A stretch of 64,000 nt of DNA, taken from Octopus sinensis. Lineage: Eukaryota. Below, piece after piece: positions 13,991 through 26,691 of this stretch. The translations under genes and the position numbers were made by a program. The notes below the pieces were generated by a model that worked only from the letters and a program-made list of their open reading frames with translations, was not told the origin of the DNA and did no database searches. The stretch spans positions 6,572,001 to 6,636,000 of the forward strand of contig NC_043003.1 in assembly GCF_006345805.1 (NCBI RefSeq). The letters run 5' to 3'. The first letter of the stretch is position 1. Each line of letters starts with the position of its first letter.

Positions 13991-15497
13991 ATATACATAC
14001 ACACACACACGTGTGTGCATGTATCAATTCCTGGTTACTAACTAGGATATGCTATTAATTATACAACTCATCATATAAATGTTGTGTAACACTTAATACA
14101 TAACTGAAACACTCAAAATCACCAGTCACACACACACACACACACACGCACGCACGCATACACACGAAACCTGCCATATTCTCCACGACTGTTTTGTGTG
14201 GCATTAATAAAGTTAGGTCGATGTTAATAATGTCTTACATGAAGCCAACATTTTATGCTTCTATTTATTTTTATAATAATTAATCTGAACCGATGCATAT
14301 TATATCGTGAGGCGGTTGTTAAAAACTTTTGTTAATTTGGAAAATTCCTGAGTTTTAGCGGGTCTTCTTACCACACACTATGTACATACACACACAAATA
14401 CACACACACACACACAAATACACACACACACACACAAATACACAAACAAACACACACACACACAAATACACACACACACACATACAAACAAACAAATACA
14501 CACACAAACACACACACACACACACACACAAATACACACACACACAAACAAACACACACACAAACAAACACACACACACACACACACACACACGTCAATT
14601 GCTCATCTTCTGTGAAGAGGTGACGTCTCTGTTCGTCCCCCACCCCCCAGTCCGCCCCTCCTTTCTAAACTATCTTATACCGTTGTTAACAACATACCAT
14701 CCACCAAACACTTGACTATGAGTTAATAATGAACCCGTATGGAATCGCTAGACACACTAGAAATAACAGCCAAATCACCCTCACAAAATCACGGATACGC
14801 TGTAGTTCTTTAAAAAATGAAAACAAGTCGAATATTTAAGCACATCACTACATTCACCATTACAAGCAACAACAATAGCATCGCCATCATAACTCCCTCA
14901 CCCCCATCTCTCTGCCACCGCTTCGCCACCACCAACACAACCATCACAACCACAACCACCACCACCCCGCCGCCGCCGTCGCCGCCGCCACTATCGCCAC
15001 CATAGTACAGTAAACCGGTCACAGTCGAACTGTAAGATTCATGGATGACGAAGAGAAATAGGAACAGGAAGTGATATAAGTGAGAGAGAGGGGGGGCAGA
15101 GAAAGGCAGGAGGAGTTGTGTAAGAGTGGAAGGAGGAGTTAGTAGAGGAGTAGGCATAGGAGGAAGAGGAGGAGGTGAATAAATGGTGAGGGGGGAATTG
15201 CAAAGAGGGGGGGCAAGTGGAGGGAAACACGTCCTTGTGTATGTGTGTGCGTGTGTGTCAGTGCATCTGTGTATGTCTGTGTCTGTGTATGTTTGTGTGT
15301 GTATGTCCGTGTGTGTGTGTCTGCATCCATGAGTTTGCGTGTGTCCGTGTGTGTGGCTGTATGTCTGTGTGTGTGTGTGTGTATGTGCGTTTAGGTGTTT
15401 ATATTTTGAGAGAGTTCTAAATGCGTGTGAGTATATGCAGGTGCGCGCATGCGCGCGCGCGTGTGTATGTGCGCCTGTGCTTAAGTACTACTGTGTG

Positions 15498-15541
<44 letters not shown>

Positions 15542-16763
15542 AGGCATGTGTATGTATCTGTATACTTAAGTGTTACTGCATGTTTGTGTATGTAAGTGTG
15601 TGTGTGTAAGTGTTAGGTAGGAAATGACTACTTGATAACGGCGTCCATTTTTCAGCAGACGACACAACCGTCTGCTTCATTCATTGAGTTGGCAGCCGAC
15701 AGTTGACGACGACAGGACGACTCATGTCCGTTAAAGACCATCATCACTGGACAGGGCAGTAGCTAGGTGGGTGGATAGTGAAGGAGACAGTGGCATTTCG
15801 ATGTACCGATGACCACCGAAGGACTCTTACCAGATGACAACAGTGGACATACGTAGGGGAACGGTCAACGGTCACTTTTAGTGGTCAAATACTCGGATTT
15901 TCAACGATTTTATATACATTTATACACTTATATATTCATATAAACATATACTACATACATACATATATTTATATATATTACATACATACATATATATATA
16001 TATATATAATATATACATACATACATATATATATATATACATACACATATAATATATATATATATATACATATATACATATAACATATATATAATATAAT
16101 ATATATATATATATACATATATACATATATACATATATATATTATATATATATATATATATACATATATACATATATAACATATATATATATATTATATA
16201 TATATATATTAATATATATATATATATATATAATTACATATTATACGTATTTATATAACATTATACATATACAATATTTCACACATATAAAACATGAATA
16301 CTGTCACAGTAAAATCGAAACCTTCCATGTTATCAACAACAGAGACGATAGAGGATGTATTGAGAACAATCCTGGGAAATTAATACTAAAAATAACCCCC
16401 ACCCGGATATCCTGGACACCACGGACCACTAAGCTTAAGAATATGTCACAATTACAGTGCGACGTTCTTTACAATTGGTTACACGTCGTCATCTGGTAAA
16501 GCCTTGGATATAAACCCTGGGTATCCTGAAGGATTATTCCGGGTAGTTTATGTGCAGCATTTAAAATCTCACCCTCATTATCGCAACAATTCATTTCTAA
16601 CTGGTCCGCTTACCTAATCTGGTGCTCAGCCATCTGTTTATCTCCTTCCCACCCCCCACGTACACCCCATTCTCTTATCCATACACTCACCTGTCTGCCC
16701 ACCCGAGGCTTTCATCCACCCCCAACTTCAATAGTACTCCAATCGTCACATGTGCGATACAAG

Positions 16764-17136
16764 ATGAAGCGAACCACAGACCTTCACTTCAAAGGAAGCC
16801 CTGACAGGAGTAGAAAATCGTCGCATCAAATCAAGACGGAGTCTATCGACATGTATGACACGGGTATACCCGAGGTGGAATACCCTAATATCTCGTGGTT
16901 ACCGCAAACCTATAACTTACCGGACATCCTGTCCAAGTTTGACCTACCCGTAGTGGTCAGGTGTTGTATGGAGACTGTCCGAGCTCAGAGCAACAATTTC
17001 GACATCTCTCAGCCTCTCTTACTGTTCAGTAAAAGGCACGAACGTAAGGTGCTCGCCCGCAGCCTTCGGGTGGATACTACCCAAAAATCATACGAGGAGG
17101 TCGATAACCCTTTATTGATACCATCCGACTACAAAG
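16764..17136 (+). CDS. GAREM-like: Coding exon 1 of a GAREM-like CABIT/SAM adaptor protein
   Basis: ATG at 16764. The frame reads MKRTTD...ISWLPQTYNLPDILSKFDLPVVVR...QPLLLFSKRHERKVLA...PLLIPSDYK-G, resembling a CABIT-domain N-terminus. It ends at a G|GTAAGC donor (phase 1) that joins in frame to the exon at 50559, giving IPSDYKGWF. Further upstream exons cannot be excluded. Confidence 0.85.
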
Positions 17137-17358
17137 GTAAGCAGCTGACCCCAGGATTCCTTACTGGGTCCACGTTGTTGTTTGTTTTTTTTTATTTCAT
17201 TTGATTTTCACACCTCTTTTTTCTGAAACAAGGGACCACGGAAAAGAATTATTTTGAACGACTTATCTCTCTCTCTCTATCTATCTATCTATCTACCTAT
17301 CTATCTACCTATCTATCTATCTATCTTTCTTTCTTTCTATCTCTCTCCTCTCTCTCTA

Positions 17359-17481
<123 letters not shown>

Positions 17482-17767
17482 TTCTCTAATCTATCTATCT
17501 CTCCCTCTCTCTCTCTCTCTCCTTCTCTCCCTCTCTCTCTAGGTATCCATCTGTCTGCCTGACTGTCGATATATCTATCTTGCTTAGTTATCTTCCTGAA
17601 ATATGTCCATGTGTGTGTGTGTGTGTGTGTATTTAATGTATGTGTGATGTATGTATGTAACTAATTATCTATCTATCTATTTATCCATTTATCTAGTAAT
17701 CTATTTATCTATGTATTATCTCCCTCTATCTCTTCTCTCTTTTCTCTCCTCTCTTTGTCTCTCTCTT

Positions 17768-17845
<78 letters not shown>

Positions 17846-18133
17846 CTATTATATATATATATACACGTGTGTGTGTGTATCCATTATTTATCTACCATTC
17901 TTTGTGTGTGTTTTTCTATGTATCTATCGGCTATTTATCTATTTCTCTCTATAATGTGTGTGCGTGTGTGTGTTTGTGTGTATGTATGTCTGTGTGTGCA
18001 TATGTGTCTGTGTGCATATGTGTCTGTGTGCCTATGTGTGTGTGTGTGTGTGTGTGTATCCATTCCTCCTGTTTATCAATCTCTCTATCCGTCTATCGAT
18101 TTCCACCATCTGATGCCCTTCATGGCAAATAAG

Positions 18134-18168
<35 letters not shown>

Positions 18169-18190
18169 GTCATCATTAATATTATGACCG

Positions 18191-18225
<35 letters not shown>

Positions 18226-18579
18226 TGTTGTTGTTGTTGTTGTTGTTGTATGGAGTATGGAGTACGTAGACCAAACCGGTTTACTCCAGAGTTTTGCCAT
18301 AATAAATGCAAATTCTTTACAAAATACACGACAAAATTTTACGAAATATGTTTTATTTATTCCATATATTTTAAAACAAAATGTCCGATTTTTTTTTAAT
18401 TTAAGAAATTTATTTATGAATAAAAATACGACAGTACTTCTTAAATGCATTAGTATATTTTTATAAAGCACACAACTGTACTTTAAATATACAACTTTCG
18501 AAAATGTTCAGGAATTCCTTATAAGTCGCACAAGATTAGTTTTTAAAATATACAGAAGTAATCTTTTAAATAAACAAAT

Positions 18580-18967
18580 GACTGGCACTCCGTCGGTTGC
18601 GACGACGAGTGTTCCAGTTGATCCGATCAACGGAACAGCCTGCTCGTGAAATTAACGTGCAAGTGGCTGAGCACTCCACAGACACGTGTACCCTTAATGT
18701 AGTTCTCGGGGAAGATCCAGCGTGACACAGAGTGTGACGGGCTGGCCCCTTTGAAATGCAGGTACTACAGAAACAGGAAAAAAGAGTGAGAGAAAGTTGT
18801 GGTGAAAGAGTACAGCAGGGATCACCACCATCCCCCTCTGCCGAAGCCTCGTGGAACTTTAGGTGTTTTCGCTCAATAAACACTCACAACACCCGGTCTG
18901 GGAATCGAAACTGCGATCCTAAGACCGCGAGTCCGCTGCCCTAACCACTGGGCCATTGCGCCTCCAC
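18580..18967 (-). mobile_element. SINE family B with tail type 2
   Basis: TGTGGAGGCGCAATGGCCCAGTGGTTAGG A-box, GGTTTCGATTCCC-like B-box, shared core and a distinct tail. Confidence 0.9.
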
Positions 18968-19152
18968 AAATAAAAGCTAAGTACTTCATGAAATACAGAA
19001 GACATTTTATAAAACTAAAGTACGTTATAACAGACCCCAAAATCTCTTTATGCAGCCCCTTAGAACTATGATGCTACTGAAATACATGAACTAGTTCTCC
19101 CTCACCTGTACATGCCCTCTCTGTGTCTGTTTGTACAAGGTACTGAGAAGAT

Positions 19153-19273
19153 TCTTTCGGGGTCGATTAAATAAGTACCAGTTACGTACTGGGGTCGATA
19201 TAATCGACTTAATCCGTTTGTCTGTCCTTGTTTTCCCCCTCTGTGTTTAGCCCCTTGTGGGTAGTAAATAAAT
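19153..19273 (+). mobile_element. SINE family A, 5'-truncated with 15-bp TSD
   Basis: AGGTACTGAGAAGAT at 19138-19152 and 19274-19288. Confidence 0.9.
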
Positions 19274-20037
19274 AGGTACTGAGAAGATATGTTGTACCAG
19301 GACTTCTACCTGTAAATACCTTATCAATGAAGTTCTACTAAAAGGAGATATTGAAATTAAGAACTTCTCTGCCCTTAATGCAGTCGACCTCAATATAAAA
19401 TAACTTGTACCTTCGCATCTGAACGCATCCTCTCAAAACTGAGGCTACAGCATCATACATTCGATTGATGAACCTCTGTTTTTGCTTATGGAACGAACTT
19501 CGTGAAGGTCACATTTGGAATATTCTCAGCAAACAGAGTTCTAACAGGTCTTCTTCCTAGAAGAACAAAGCATTGCTTGGTTGGTCGAACCACTTTTTGA
19601 ACTCTTATGTTCTGTAAGGTTATTGTTTCCAGAAGAACAGGAAACTGATGTCATCTGTCAAACATCCCAAATAGAACACAATAAAAAATTACCGTTATGC
19701 TATAATGACGGCCTTAAATTTAGAAGATTTCGGTTAATAATTTTTTACCGAAATTCGTGAAAGAAACCAGAAACATAACAATACTTCCAGGCGAATGTTT
19801 TTCGGTGTCGATTCTCGGATCGATATCTCACTCGTGTCTCGAAGATTTCATCTTTACTTTGATATTGCCGCACTGATTTATTAGGCCATTAACTACACAC
19901 ATTATCACAAACAAACATCTGCTCATACAAATGTTTAAATACCAGATATACACACGGTACTGTGTATGAGACTGGGATACCAGCATGGCCTGAAAACAGG
20001 GACTGACCCATTCACCTTCCGTATGACCAAGAATATA

Positions 20038-20457
20038 TATTTATTTCTTTACAGCCCACAGTGGGATAAACATAGAGGGGACAAACAAGGACAGACAAAC
20101 GGATTAAGTCGATTACATCGACCCCAGTGCGGAACTGGTACTTAATTTATCGACCCCGAAAGGATGAAAAGCAAAGTCGATCTCAGCGGAATTTAAACTC
20201 AGAACGTAGCGGCAGACGAAATACCTATTTCTTTATTACCCACAAGGGGCTAAACATAGAGGGGACGAACAAGGACAGACAAAGGGATTAAGTCGATTAC
20301 ATCGACCCCAGTGCGAAATTGGTACTTTATTTATTGACACCGAAAGGATGAAAGGCAAAGTCGACCTCGGCGGAATTTGAACTCAGAACGTAACGACAGA
20401 CGAAATACTGCTAAGCATTTCGCCTGGCGCGCTAACGTTTCTGCCAGCTCGCCACCT
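20038..20457 (-). mobile_element. SINE family A head-to-tail dimer with a single 16-bp TSD
   Basis: Two tandem units; TATGACCAAGAATATA at 20022-20037 and 20458-20473. Confidence 0.9.
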
Positions 20458-20503
20458 TATGACCAAGAATATACTTCAGCAACTCAGTGAATCCCTACAC
20501 ACA

Positions 20504-20558
<55 letters not shown>

Positions 20559-20934
20559 TGGTGCCCCAGCGTGGCCAGAAATCTCAGTAGTTAAATCTAA
20601 CCCTAGAACTATAGTTTAGTAGTAGCAATGTACATAGGTATGTGTGCTGCTCGTATACAGGCGAGTATATATATATATATATATAGGTGTGTATATGTGT
20701 TGTGGTTATAGTGGTGGCTCGGCAGTTGTGGTGGTGGTTGTGATTGATGTGATGGTGGGTGGAGCTGCGGCGGTTGTGGTGGTATTTGTCACCACCCTGA
20801 AACGGTTCTGACACTCAACAAAGTCCACTCTATTATCCTCCCTTTGGAATAGACAAGCAGTTTTAGGTGGTGGCCATGGCGAAGGTAAAATAGTGGACAA
20901 GACTAAAAAAACTACCGATAGGTGTTTTGTTTTA

Positions 20935-21165
20935 TGGCCACGCCCGCAACTAATTTTACAACCACGCCCTCAGCAGCTTATAGTTACGCCCTCCACATTT
21001 CCACAACCATACCTTAATCAACTTACAGCCACACCTTAATTAACTAATGGACATGCCTTCATCACCTTCTACGGTCACGCCCATACCAACTTCTACGGTT
21101 ACGGCCTCATCAACTTCTATGGCCACGCCCCCATCAATTTCTACGGCCACACCCTCATCAACTAT
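20935..21165 (+). repeat. Minisatellite with a ~24-bp unit (ACGGCCACGCCCCCATCAACTTCT-like)
   Basis: Roughly 9 degenerate tandem copies. Confidence 0.8.
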
Positions 21166-21644
21166 TTCAATCACCTGTTAACAAGTAAGGTGGCGATAAA
21201 GAAAAAAAGTTCTTTACTTCAGTAAATATACTGAGAAACTGTTGTCGTATTTAGGCCTTGGTCAACTCAAGTTTAGGTAACCTATACTCAATGACGTCCC
21301 AGCTTTAATCACCCTATCCTTTTTTAGAGAAATTTTGGTATCCTTTCTTTTAAGGCGTGTGATATGAGGGAGTTTTGCTCGCATTTCTAGTAGATCGATC
21401 GACTACGTGGAGGTTTCCTCATTGGCTCGATTTTCTGAAAAAGGACATGACGCTGGACAGACGGTTCCGTTCTCAATATACGTCTGTAGAGTTTTGTCAA
21501 CATTGGTCGTGATGTGTGTAACTCAACTGGTTACAAGCAAAATCCATGGGGGTGGTCACCTCGTCATCTTCATTTTGGCTGGACAAAGCAGGAAGCTTTC
21601 AAATACCGTCCAATTATTCATATCCCCTCCAGAACAAGGATGTG

Positions 21645-21850
21645 GCTCTCTATGTAGTTGTTAGACCTGCTAGAAATAATAACCAAATTCCCTCAAATCA
21701 TACGCCTACTGTCTTAAAGACAATGTTGCATTACTATTATACAATATGGTCCTAAAATATCCTAAAAAGACCAATTGATCAAAGTTGGAACGCCTTTGAT
21801 TATAGACAATTTCAAAAACAGCTAACCTGTGATTAAACAACAACAACAAC
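21645..21850 (+). repeat. Dispersed repeat family D (CTGCTAGAAATAGCAGCCAAAT core)
   Basis: Related copies at about 2040-2110, 3915-4110, 4330-4530, 14740-14790, 21260-21410 (-), 27815-27980 (-), 33275-33340 and 35320-35360 (-). Confidence 0.7.
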
Positions 21851-22404
21851 AAGAACAACCATTCAGTAAGTTTTTGGAGAACAATCATTTCGTTCTGGGC
21901 CGTGATCCTCCTTTTCAAGTGGTGCTTGAATAAGTAATTTGGCCGGGAAGGGCAGCCACTTTTTTTTTCCTCTGACGAGTCACTACGATGAAAGAACTTG
22001 CGTTATGGACGCGACTGACACGATTCAGAATAAACTTCCTTCGACGTTTTCAAGTGCCTCCGGGAGCGTGAGGTGCCACTTTCGAAAATCAATTTATTGG
22101 AAGGTGAATGACACCCGTGTGCCGGCGAACGTAAGGTGCAGCTCATAATTTTTACTTGTAAAATGGGGGGGAAAAAAACACATTTACCCTTTTAAAACAC
22201 AGACGTGCATGATGTGTAGGTGGAGGGGGAGTAGCCTGTGTGGGGGTCCTCCCTTTTAACAAAGTCCCACATATTTCACACTTTATCACCTCTTAATGTA
22301 AACATCCTTCCCCCCACCATTACTGGAAACCTGCCCCCCCCCCTCTACGGTCAATTCATCAAAAAACAATAAAAGAAAAGATTATCATTAATATTGTTGT
22401 TATT

Positions 22405-22760
22405 CCGTCGAGGTCGACTTTGCCTTTTATCCTTTCGGGGGTCAATAAAAATAAGCACTAGTTGAAAACTGGGGTCGATATAATCGACTTATCTCCCCCT
22501 CCCAAAATTTCTGCCCTTGTGGCAAAATTTGAAACCATTAAAGGCAGGGAGATGGCAGAATGGTTAGCACGCCGAGCGAAATGCTTAGCGATATTTCGTC
22601 TCTCTTCACTTTCTGAGTTCGAATTCTACCGGACTCGATTTTATCTTTCATCTCTTTAGGGGTCGATAAAATAACTACCAATTGAGTACTGCGGTCGATG
22701 TAGTCGACTATCCCACGCCCCTAAATTTCAGGCCTAGTGCTGAAAGTAGAAAGGATCATT
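22405..22760 (+). mobile_element. Two diverged family A-related SINEs
   Basis: Core GTCGACTTTGCCTTTTATCCTTTCGGGG and a second head GGCAGGGAGATGGCAGAA. Confidence 0.7.
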
Positions 22761-22859
22761 ATTGTTATTATTATTATTATTATTGTTGTTGTTGTTGTTG
22801 TCATTCCTGGTTGTTGTTATTCCTAGCAGGAATTATGTGGGTACCGGGTTACTACCTGT

Positions 22860-23460
22860 AACCTTAGGTATCCACAAGTTTTCAGTAGTCTTTCAAGTGC
22901 TTAGCGTCCTCTTGATAATCCTTGCTGTCCCTAAGAAACAAACTTTCTGTAGGAGCTCTACCTGGCATTCTATTCCAATCCGCTTCAGCCATTAGTCCGT
23001 ATCTTAGCTTAAATGTTCCCAACGCACCAATTACTATAGGCACGACATTTACTGGTCGCACGCTCCAAATTTTTCCTATTTCAAACTTTAAGGATTTGTT
23101 TTGTTTTGGTTGGGGTTGGGTTCTCCCTTTTCTTTCACGATCCTGGAATCAAACGGGCATGATGGGCCGATAAGTAAGCAACTTCGCCTTTCCTTATCTA
23201 TAATCACTATGTCTGGTCTATTATTTTCTAACTTCTTGTCTGTCTGAATAAGAAAGTCTCACAGACTCTTACATTTCCCCGACTCCAGGACTCTTTCGAC
23301 TCGTTGATTGTACCATGTGTTTCCAGATTCAATTCCCCATTTCTGGCACAGTTTCCGGTGTATAACTTATACAACCTGGTCGTGCCTCCATTTCTTATAT
23401 TCTTCCTGTGCCAACTTGGGGCATTCTGTCACAATGTGTGCCACTGTCTCGTTCAAAGTT
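22860..23460 (-). mobile_element. RLE-type LINE 3' fragment
   Basis: On -: ETVAHIVTECPKLAQEEYKKWRHDQVV..IHRKLC, ..DFLIQTDKKLENNRPDIVIIDK, VVPIVIGALG, LLQKVCFLGTARII. Confidence 0.85.
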
Positions 23461-23610
23461 CCACAAGCTCTATCATTTTCTGACACCTTCTTTCCATATA
23501 TATATATATATTCCCAAGTTGTTTGTTTTTATCGTTTCATCTTGGACCGCTACAATCATTATCATCATCATCATCATCATCATCATCATTATTATTATTA
23601 TTATTATTAT

Positions 23611-23667
<57 letters not shown>

Positions 23668-23684
23668 GAGTAGTATATCATCAT

Positions 23685-23912
23685 CGAGCTGGCAGAAACG
23701 TTAGCACGCCGGGAGAAATGCGTAGCCGTATTTCATCTCATCTGCCGTTACGTTCTGGGTTCAATTCCGCCGAGGTCGACTTTGCCTTTCTCCTTTCGGG
23801 GTCGATAAATTAGTACCAGTTCGCACGGGGATCGATGTAATCGACTGTATCCCTTTGTCTGTCCTTGTTTGTCCCCTCTGTGTTTTTAGCCCCTTGTGGG
23901 CAATAAAGAAAT
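23685..23912 (+). mobile_element. SINE family A
   Basis: Full head-core-tail match to the other copies. Confidence 0.9.
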
Positions 23913-23954
23913 ATATTATTATTATCCTCATCATTATTATTATTATTATTATTA

Positions 23955-23994
<40 letters not shown>

Positions 23995-24329
23995 GTATGG
24001 TTGGTGGATTAGCAGAATCCATTAGTATCGGCCAAAATTCCTTAGAGTATTTAGTTATGATTGATTACGTAGTGGGTTCTAACTTCACAAATGTGCTCTT
24101 AATCCGTTGTGGCTCAGGGTATCAATAAAATCGACAGCAATATACTGGGTTCGATTTCATGCAATGCACAAACCGTCCCAAAATGTAATTACGGAGATGT
24201 GCTTCTGTGAGAAATGACAATAACCGAAGACTGGGTCACTGAATCGGTGTCTTCCTACATAATATCTGACAATAACGTTTATTACTTTACAAACGTGACC
24301 TCGCAAAGGAAGAATGGATAGGTGTAGGT

Positions 24330-24335
24330 TTGTGC

Positions 24336-24378
<43 letters not shown>

Positions 24379-24778
24379 TGTGTGTGTGTGTGTGTGTGTT
24401 TGTGTGTCTGTGTGTGTGTGTTTATGTGTCTATGTGTGTGTTTGTGTGTGTGTGTGTGTGTGTTTGTGTGTCTGTCTGTGTGTTTATGTGTCTTGAGTGT
24501 TTGTGTGTGTATATTGTTTGTGTTTGTGTGTGTGTGTGTCTATGTGTGTTTGTGTGGTCTATGTGTTTGTGGTGTGTTGTGTTGTTTGTGTGTGTGTGTG
24601 TCTATGGTTGTCGTGTTGTGTGTTATGTGTGTTTGTGTATGTGTGTCTATGGGTGTGTGTGTGTGCGTGTGTGTGTGTGGTTTGTGTGTCTATGAGTGTT
24701 TGTGTGTGTCTATGTGTGTTTGTGTGTGTGTGTGTGTTTGTGTGTCTATGTGTGTTTGTGTGTGTCTATGTGTGTTTG

Positions 24779-24845
<67 letters not shown>
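24330..24845 (+). repeat. Degenerate (TG)n tract
   Basis: Directly visible; one of many TG/CA, TA, GATA and TAA microsatellites in the window. Confidence 0.95.
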
Positions 24846-25016
24846 CGCTTGTTTCAGTTATTTAATCTAGTTGCATGGCGAATCGAGTTGTATGATTCGT
24901 TACTTAATATAGTAATTCAATTAATTGTGTTAATTATCTTGTTGGAATTCTGTTTGTGATATCACCTTCCCCCACTCCGTGGATTTTTTGTATGTTGCTC
25001 AAGTACTTGGTTGATT

Positions 25017-25133
25017 ATCACCTGAGGAAGTGACTGGTGGATTACAATACAAATTTACGTAATTTTACGTAACAGGTTACGTAATGAACACGTATTTTTT
25101 ATTTAACCACGCAACTGAAACGCGTGTAGTGAT
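25017..25133 (+). ncRNA. Type I hammerhead ribozyme motif with a long stem II loop
   Basis: ATCAC-CTGAGGA-AGT...ACT-GAAAC-GCGT-GTA-GTGAT; stem I ATCAC/GTGAT. Confidence 0.65.
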
Positions 25134-25338
25134 GCTTTAAATTATTCGTTTTGTTTACTATGTATGTGGTGGGGGGTATCTTTTATCTTGTACATGTTTA
25201 AGTCATTGAATTGCAGCCATGCTGGGGCATCGTCTTGCGACAGTGAGGAACAAACACAAACACAGACACACAGACACAAACACGCGTGCGTGCACAGACA
25301 GGCAGGGAGGCAGGCAGGCAGACAGACAGACAGACAGG

Positions 25339-25396
<58 letters not shown>

Positions 25397-25397
<1 letters not shown>

Positions 25398-25787
25398 GCT
25401 TCGATTAGTTTTGGCCATTATTGGCCCAGGCCATGGTTAACTGAAATTAGCACCACCAGGAGAAGTCTTTTAAGTGAAGTTTCAGGATGCCATGAACCAC
25501 TCAAAGTGTTGCTGTTGTTGTTGTTGTTGGCTAAGAAGTATCCAGGTATTGGTGGTTTGTCTGCTACTTATTGGAGGAATTTCTATTTTAATTTCTTCCG
25601 GAAGATTGTTGAATAAATTGGGGACCATTTGAGGTACAATCAGAAACATTTTTGTGTTTCAATGATCTGATGTAAACTCGGCTTCTGTAGGGGACGTAGG
25701 ACTTGGGCACTTAGCCTTGAGTGACTCGTAAGATCCATACCGACATCGTTTGGATACTATCCGTGGAATGTTTTCCACATTGTGCGA

Positions 25788-25790
<3 letters not shown>
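25397..25790 (-). mobile_element. CR1/L2-type LINE 3' fragment
   Basis: Same 3' tail as 61790-61860. Remnant reads FLIVPQMVPNLFNNLPEE on -, followed by a (TATC)n tail. Confidence 0.6.
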
Positions 25791-25840
<50 letters not shown>

Positions 25841-25905
25841 GTATATCTGTCAATAGAGTGGGTATATTATCCGAAGTGTACAGTATTATATATCCATCAC
25901 CGCTG

Positions 25906-25988
25906 ACCTTACCAATCGGTTTCGCGTTAGGGCTACAACGGAGTGTTAGGTAACAATCCGATTATATAACCCTATGCTCATCAGAGGT
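25906..25988 (-). ncRNA. Type I hammerhead ribozyme motif
   Basis: On -: ACCT-CTGATGA-GCATAGGG...CCCTAACGC-GAAAC-CGATTG-GTA-AGGT. All three stems and the core are present. Confidence 0.75.
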
Positions 25989-26641
25989 AGCCGATATGGA
26001 GTGAAATATGGTGACTGCTCTCTGATGAGCGTAGGATTATATAATCGCATTTCTCATTGTGTTCGACATTTTTTGGGGGTGTCCTGTATATATATGCATG
26101 TATATATACATATAGATGTAGGTACGTAAATATATGTATATATGCATATGTTTTATTTATTATTTTGCTATTATTATTATAATATATATATATATGTATC
26201 AGCGAAAAAAAATGGAATTCACGGGACCCTTTATTGGAAATCACTACAACTGTTTCGGCGTGTAGCGCATAGGTGAGAGGCTGTGCAGTTAATTGTTTTG
26301 CATCACATGTGTAGAATACGTCTCCTTGGGTAACTTTTTAAGCGAGTTCCTCGCTACAACTCATCACCATTTCACTTTATCTTATAATGTATAGCTGGGT
26401 GTCATTCTAACAGTTCTCGGATAGAACCATACACAGAATCATTGCAAGTCAAGATGCACTTAACAGCCAAGGATCAAATATACCGATAAATAAAAAAGAT
26501 ACATAGATAAAACATAAATTAACCTGTGGATGAGCTTTTCACGGCATTCTACAAAGTCTTTACCTGAATATCACTTTGCTGTGTGTGCGTGTGCATGTAC
26601 GTATTGCATGTATGCACGTGTGTGTTTGTGTGTGTATGTGT

Positions 26642-26691
<50 letters not shown>

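Noticed and set aside
17137-17204. C-terminal part of the 150-aa ORF
   Set aside because: Read-through past the GTAAGC donor into the intron.
20935-21165. CRISPR-like array
   Set aside because: Tandem degenerate units with no unique spacers, no cas genes, and a eukaryotic context.
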